Shown here: piece by piece, positions 60,220 to 64,000 of the stretch
How the letters are laid out: every line of letters starts with the position of its first letter
Position numbering within the stretch: the first letter of the stretch is position 1
Assembly: GCA_039989895.1 (NCBI GenBank)
Contig: JBDXGY010000003.1
Coordinates: forward strand, 21,141 to 85,140
DNA from: Hyphomicrobiales bacterium
GTDB lineage: Bacteria > Pseudomonadota > Alphaproteobacteria > Rhizobiales > JACESI01
Reading direction: 5' to 3'
DNA: 64,000 nt
Position numbers and translations under genes: made by a program
The notes under the pieces: generated by a model
Databases searched by the model: none
What the model saw: the letters and a program-made list of their open reading frames with translations, nothing else
What the model was told of the DNA's origin: nothing

Positions 60220-60235
60220 ATCATTGTTGATTAAA

Positions 60236-61498
60236 TTATTCTGCTGCTTCCGCTTCGGCTGCGGCCGCTGGTGGAGAATATGGTTGATCCGGCGCACTTG
60301 GCAGACGGTCCATCCAACGACCCCATTCATCATAATAATGGCGCATACCATTTTCATCATGGATGGTTTGATTTTCCTGACGACCATGGAGAATACGGCG
60401 ATTATCCGTCTTCTCGCGCATTGTTGTCCCTTGACCGGTAACACCAATCAGGTCTTCATGCAGATTGCGACCGAATGGGCCCCAAATCGAGTTGTGGTGC
60501 TTAATTCTGGTAGCACGGTCCTCTGCGGAATCACTTTTTAAACCAAGCCCACGGAATTCAATCATCACTTTATTTGGACCTAATGGCGTAACCACATCGG
60601 TACGCAAGGCTGATCCGCGCAAGTTGAAGTTGAAGCCAGGGAACAGATCAATCATATACCACTGGTTCGGTGGCAAATGCGGGAATGACAATTCTGCGCG
60701 ACTTTCGAAGCCTTCGTAATTCTCGTAATTAACTTCAAATGAGCCGACAACGACATGGCCGTGGTCAAAGGCTTCATTTTTACGAGCAAAATAGGAATCA
60801 TTAAAACCGGTTACCCTATTATGGTAGTGCATGAAGTCGTGATAAAACTCACTGTTAGTATCATGCCATAACTTATAGTTCGTATCGATTATCGCTTTAT
60901 GATAATGGAAAACCTCAAGAGGCTCTTCATCAAGAGACTTTTGCAAGCACTCAAAAGGTTTGCCTGCCCAGTCTTCAAGAGAAACTGATGGATTATCGCT
61001 GAGGTTAACCCAGACAAAACCACCGTATTTTACTTCACAGCGAAGTCTGCGCAGCCCTACATCGGCTTTACACAAACGATCCTGATAGCCTTCTTCTTCT
61101 CTGGAGACATAGACACAATTGCCCTTCATGTCGAACTGCCAAGCATGGAACATACAAGTCATACGCTTAGGGTTGCCTGATGGCTGACCTTCCATAAAAC
61201 TTCCAGATGGACGCCGCTCAATAAGCATACCACGGTGAGGGCAAACATTGAGGAATGCTCGCACTACCTTGTCGGGACCACGTGTTATTATGATGGGCTC
61301 ATTAGCAATACTTGTGGTGCGGAAGTCATAAGGCTCAGGAAGCTCAGATTCATGGCAGACCGGCACCCATACCTGTTTGAAAATTTTCGAATTTTCTTCT
61401 TCAGCAATAGTCTCATCAGAATAAACGCGACTATCGATCCACTCGCCTTTTTCAAGCTTTGGGTCCGCTGTCCATTGTTTGTTATTGCGTGCGGGCAT
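60236..61498 (-). CDS. msmA: Rieske oxygenase large (alpha) subunit with CXH-X26-CXXH centre; candidate methanesulfonate monooxygenase hydroxylase MsmA
   Basis: 420 aa. CPH-RGMLIERRPSGSFMEGQPSGNPKRMT-CMFH gives a 26-residue spacer by my count. Catalytic-domain His cluster NSEFYHDFMHYH. SD GGAGA 6 nt upstream. Followed by beta-subunit, Rieske ferredoxin and reductase genes. Confidence 0.78.
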   Translation of the reverse strand: MPARNNKQWTADPKLEKGEWIDSRVYSDETIAEEENSKIFKQVWVPVCHESELPEPYDFRTTSIANEPIIITRGPDKVVRAFLNVCPHRGMLIERRPSGSFMEGQPSGNPKRMTCMFHAWQFDMKGNCVYVSREEEGYQDRLCKADVGLRRLRCEVKYGGFVWVNLSDNPSVSLEDWAGKPFECLQKSLDEEPLEVFHYHKAIIDTNYKLWHDTNSEFYHDFMHYHNRVTGFNDSYFARKNEAFDHGHVVVGSFEVNYENYEGFESRAELSFPHLPPNQWYMIDLFPGFNFNLRGSALRTDVVTPLGPNKVMIEFRGLGLKSDSAEDRATRIKHHNSIWGPFGRNLHEDLIGVTGQGTTMREKTDNRRILHGRQENQTIHDENGMRHYYDEWGRWMDRLPSAPDQPYSPPAAAAEAEAAE

Positions 61499-61826
61499 AA
61501 GTCATCTCCTAAATGTTTCAGCTATCCATCTATTTAAACTGCAAGATCGCTCCTGAACTCACAGACACCAATAGACAGCTGCCTCCAAATGGTAACCTAA
61601 GATACCAAGATCATAATATATCTCTGCACCTAAAGATTTTCATAGTATCTAACTTTAACATAGGTAAGTCTTCTACTGCTACAGATTATACAATCAAAAC
61701 CATCTATTAGATTATCGAAGCTATAAATCATTATTATATGAGAATATCTGCAAAAAATATCTACTTAAAACAATAGCTTAAAAAACAACCTCAAAATAGC
61801 TTTGCGGCAAAAAGAACATGCAACCT

Positions 61827-62912
61827 CTACTTAACGTTCACTTCAACGCGCGCAACTCCATTATTACCCACGCCGTAAAAAGTAACGACTTGCTCAAGTG
61901 GTTGTATATTACCTTTTGAATCCGTTGCTCGAGAAACCAGCGTATGTTTTCCAGGGGTGGCCTGCCATTCATAATTCCAGCCGCGCCATGCAAATTCACC
62001 AATGGGTTCTTCCAGCGATGCGTCATTCCAAGTTTTACCATCATCTGCACTTACTTCGACGCGCGATATCTGATTTTTCCCAGCCCATGCACGGCCCGTT
62101 AAGGTGACAGGGCCAGGCTCTAAACGACGCTCAAGTGATGGAAATGTAGAAACACCTGGAGGCGCCATCAATGCGCGCACTTTAATCGTCTCAATCGCAG
62201 TTCCCGCATCTCCTGCACCACTGGTTTCGCGATAAAATATCATCTGCATGCCATTGAAGGCCTCAGTGACAACTTCTATTTGATTAAGCCATTTTACGCT
62301 TGTCATTCCATACCAACCTGGAACAAGGAGGCGAAGCGGATAGCCATGTTGCGGCTCAAGGGGGGCGCCATTCATTTCATAAGCCAGAATTACTTCATCG
62401 TTCATCGCATCAGCAATGGTAAGAGAGCGTTGATAATATTGGTCTTCTCCTGATTGTATTCCTCTATCTGCACCCGTAAACAGCACCTCTAAAGCGCCAT
62501 CAGCAAGACTAGCTTCTTCCAAAATACCTTTAAGAGGCGTGCCAGTCCATAAAGCTGTACTCACAGCGTCATGCGTCCAAGGCTGGTTTACAGGGCGCGG
62601 TTTCATGAAAGCGCGGCCATTTCCGGCGCATTCCAAAGTCACTGGCATTTTGACGGCTGGTCGTTTCTTGATGTCATCAAGGTCCAGTTTAATCGACTTA
62701 TTAACATGCCCACCAATGTCCAATTGCCATGTGCTGGAGTCTACAACAGGAATATCCCAGTGATTAAGGAGATAGTGCATGCCTGTAGGTGTAATCGGCA
62801 TACGAAGTCCCTCTGCCGGTATTCCGCGATTTCTGAACGCAAGCTGAACTTCTTGAAACTCAAATGTGTTCTCACTTGTATGGCCGCCCTCACTTACAAG
62901 AACATCAGACAT
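61827..62912 (-). CDS. Sulfite-oxidase-family (SUOX-fold) molybdopterin oxidoreductase, no signal peptide
   Basis: TLECAGNGR contains the Mo-ligand Cys (compare CAGNRR in sulfite oxidases). GYPLRLLVPGWYGMTSVKW lies in the Oxidored_molyb core, followed by a C-terminal Ig-like dimerisation domain. The ATG at 62912 is preferred (AAGGGGA 5 nt upstream) over the one at 62927. No RR/Tat motif and no hydrophobic leader. Confidence 0.78.
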   Translation of the reverse strand: MSDVLVSEGGHTSENTFEFQEVQLAFRNRGIPAEGLRMPITPTGMHYLLNHWDIPVVDSSTWQLDIGGHVNKSIKLDLDDIKKRPAVKMPVTLECAGNGRAFMKPRPVNQPWTHDAVSTALWTGTPLKGILEEASLADGALEVLFTGADRGIQSGEDQYYQRSLTIADAMNDEVILAYEMNGAPLEPQHGYPLRLLVPGWYGMTSVKWLNQIEVVTEAFNGMQMIFYRETSGAGDAGTAIETIKVRALMAPPGVSTFPSLERRLEPGPVTLTGRAWAGKNQISRVEVSADDGKTWNDASLEEPIGEFAWRGWNYEWQATPGKHTLVSRATDSKGNIQPLEQVVTFYGVGNNGVARVEVNVK

Positions 62913-62973
62913 TTTCTTCCCCTTCATGATTTTACTGGATTGTTTTTAACTTTGGTTTGGAGCAAAGACCCGA

Positions 62974-63003
62974 TAATAGCTGGTTTATATATTTATTTCC
63001 AAG
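62974..63003 (-). promoter_or_regulatory. Candidate sigma-70 promoter of the SUOX-family gene
   Basis: The minus strand reads CTTGGA-N18-CTATTA (consensus CTTGAC-N17-CTATAT), about 60 nt upstream of the start. Confidence 0.3.
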
Positions 63004-63169
63004 CAGAACTTTTTACTACCTGGATCGATCTCACGACACAGCCATTTTTACAAATCAAGTTTAAATGAGCCTATTACGACCAAATCTCTAAAGCCTAATT
63101 GGGCTGTGAATCAACCGGTCTTGAATTTGATTTTTAAACTAAATCAAAACCGCTAATTTAGTTAACACG

Positions 63170-63778
63170 CTAGTTGTTGTTGAATTCAACCTGCGTCACA
63201 AACCGTGGCCGACGCACGGCGTTATTTTCAAGAGTAAAAATTTTCAAATTAGCTGTGCCAAATAAAGGGGCATAGTCTCCAACCACAGAAACAAGAATTA
63301 CTGTTTCACCTTCGGGTAGGGCCGGCAGAGAAAAATTTTGCAAATCTTTATCGCGGAGTTCCTCTTGTCCATCACTTGTTTTGCTCCACAAGACCGACAA
63401 AGCTGGATCACCATCACTGTCAAATTCATTTTCAATGCTTGTGATGCTTACGCGATAATTTGTGGCGTTGTCATAGCGACCCAAGAGAGATCTTGCGGTT
63501 TCAAAAAATAGATCAATTGATCCGTTATCCACCGACGTCTGCCTGCTCACCAAATCTACAACTATGGTCGCTGAATCATTGTAAGCTTGTCGCGCTCGCA
63601 CACCATCGATAACCACCAACGATCCAAGAAACAAAAGTATAAATATTGGTGCCACTAAGGCTAATTCTACTGCGGCTACGCCTTTTACATTTTTTGCAAA
63701 CCTAGCGCTGGCAGAAACCAAAACCCAACTTGTACACTTGGCACATGTTTGAATTGAATTGAACATTGAGAATTTCAT
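63170..63778 (-). CDS. TadE/TadG-family Flp-pilus pseudopilin-like protein
   Basis: GVAAVELALVAPIFILLFLGSL is the TadE-like N-terminal hydrophobic segment. The exact start among several Met codons is uncertain. Confidence 0.6.
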   Translation of the reverse strand: MKFSMFNSIQTCAKCTSWVLVSASARFAKNVKGVAAVELALVAPIFILLFLGSLVVIDGVRARQAYNDSATIVVDLVSRQTSVDNGSIDLFFETARSLLGRYDNATNYRVSITSIENEFDSDGDPALSVLWSKTSDGQEELRDKDLQNFSLPALPEGETVILVSVVGDYAPLFGTANLKIFTLENNAVRRPRFVTQVEFNNN

Positions 63779-63801
63779 TCTAGCTACCCCTTAAATGCCA
63801 A

Positions 63802-63999
63802 TCAAAACGGTTCATTTACAAAGGCTGAAGAAGCTATGATTGCATATTTACCCGATGCTTCTAAGGGCAATTGAAGCCCAAACCCAATCCCAGGAACTAA
63901 GACATTTGTCAAAAAACAAACACGCATGAACACTGTTTCAGACGACCCCCCAGGATCAAATTGCACAACCGGATTAATGTTCAGTGCTTCATCTCGGCA
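63802..63999 (-). CDS. 3' end of a further ORF running off the window (possibly another Tad pseudopilin)
   Basis: My own translation of the minus strand, frame from 63999: CRDEALNINPVVQFDPGGSSETVFMRVCFLTNVLVPGIGFGLQLPLEASGKYAIIASSAFVNEPF*. It ends 24 nt upstream of the TadE-like gene. The function is guessed from neighbourhood only. Confidence 0.3.
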   Translation of the reverse strand, partial: CRDEALNINPVVQFDPGGSSETVFMRVCFLTNVLVPGIGFGLQLPLEASGKYAIIASSAFVNEPF

Positions 64000-64000
64000 T

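Noticed and set aside
44000-63200. Claiming a compositional (GC/codon) island for the MSA block
   Set aside because: By eye, only the intergenic spacers look clearly more AT-rich. I cannot compute windowed GC or codon statistics reliably here, so no quantitative claim is made.

Overview
The window looks like an alphaproteobacterial chromosome segment. No rRNA, tRNA, CRISPR array, transposase or integrase was found. All family calls come from reading the translated ORFs and motifs by eye; no database search was run.

Positions 1 to about 43.5 kb are housekeeping genes in an order typical of Hyphomicrobiales/Rhizobiales-like genomes:
- a TPP riboswitch followed by thiC
- dapE, dapD, argB, pckA and polA
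- trpF-trpB-(two inserted ORFs)-trpA-accD-folC
- recQ and trxA
- addA-addB-murU-like-tsaE::amgK-like fusion-PAS histidine kinase
- ahcY
- HPr-EIIA(Man)-short HprK-chvG-chvI

Positions about 44 to 63 kb are an accessory block. I read it as a methanesulfonate (MSA) utilisation locus:
- A four-component Rieske oxygenase. Its alpha subunit carries the unusual CXH-X26-CXXH Rieske spacing described for MsmA (msmABCD, minus strand, 57.9-61.5 kb).
- A five-gene sulfonate-type (NitT/TauT-like) ABC importer (44.2-49.1 kb).
- A leaderless sulfite-oxidase-family molybdoenzyme directly upstream of msmA.
- A LysR regulator.
- An unknown 275-aa ORF downstream of msmD.
- A panB-like gene and fhs, which would link the formaldehyde product to tetrahydrofolate (THF) one-carbon metabolism.
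- An embedded GldA/GldF-GldG-type ABC system whose permease and auxiliary subunit are fused.

The block begins upstream of chvI, the position that pckA occupies in Agrobacterium/Sinorhizobium/Brucella-type genomes. It ends at Tad-pilus pseudopilin genes.

The non-coding spacers of the block are long and AT-rich. They are enriched for an ATAGCT/AGCTAT hexamer and contain several dyads.
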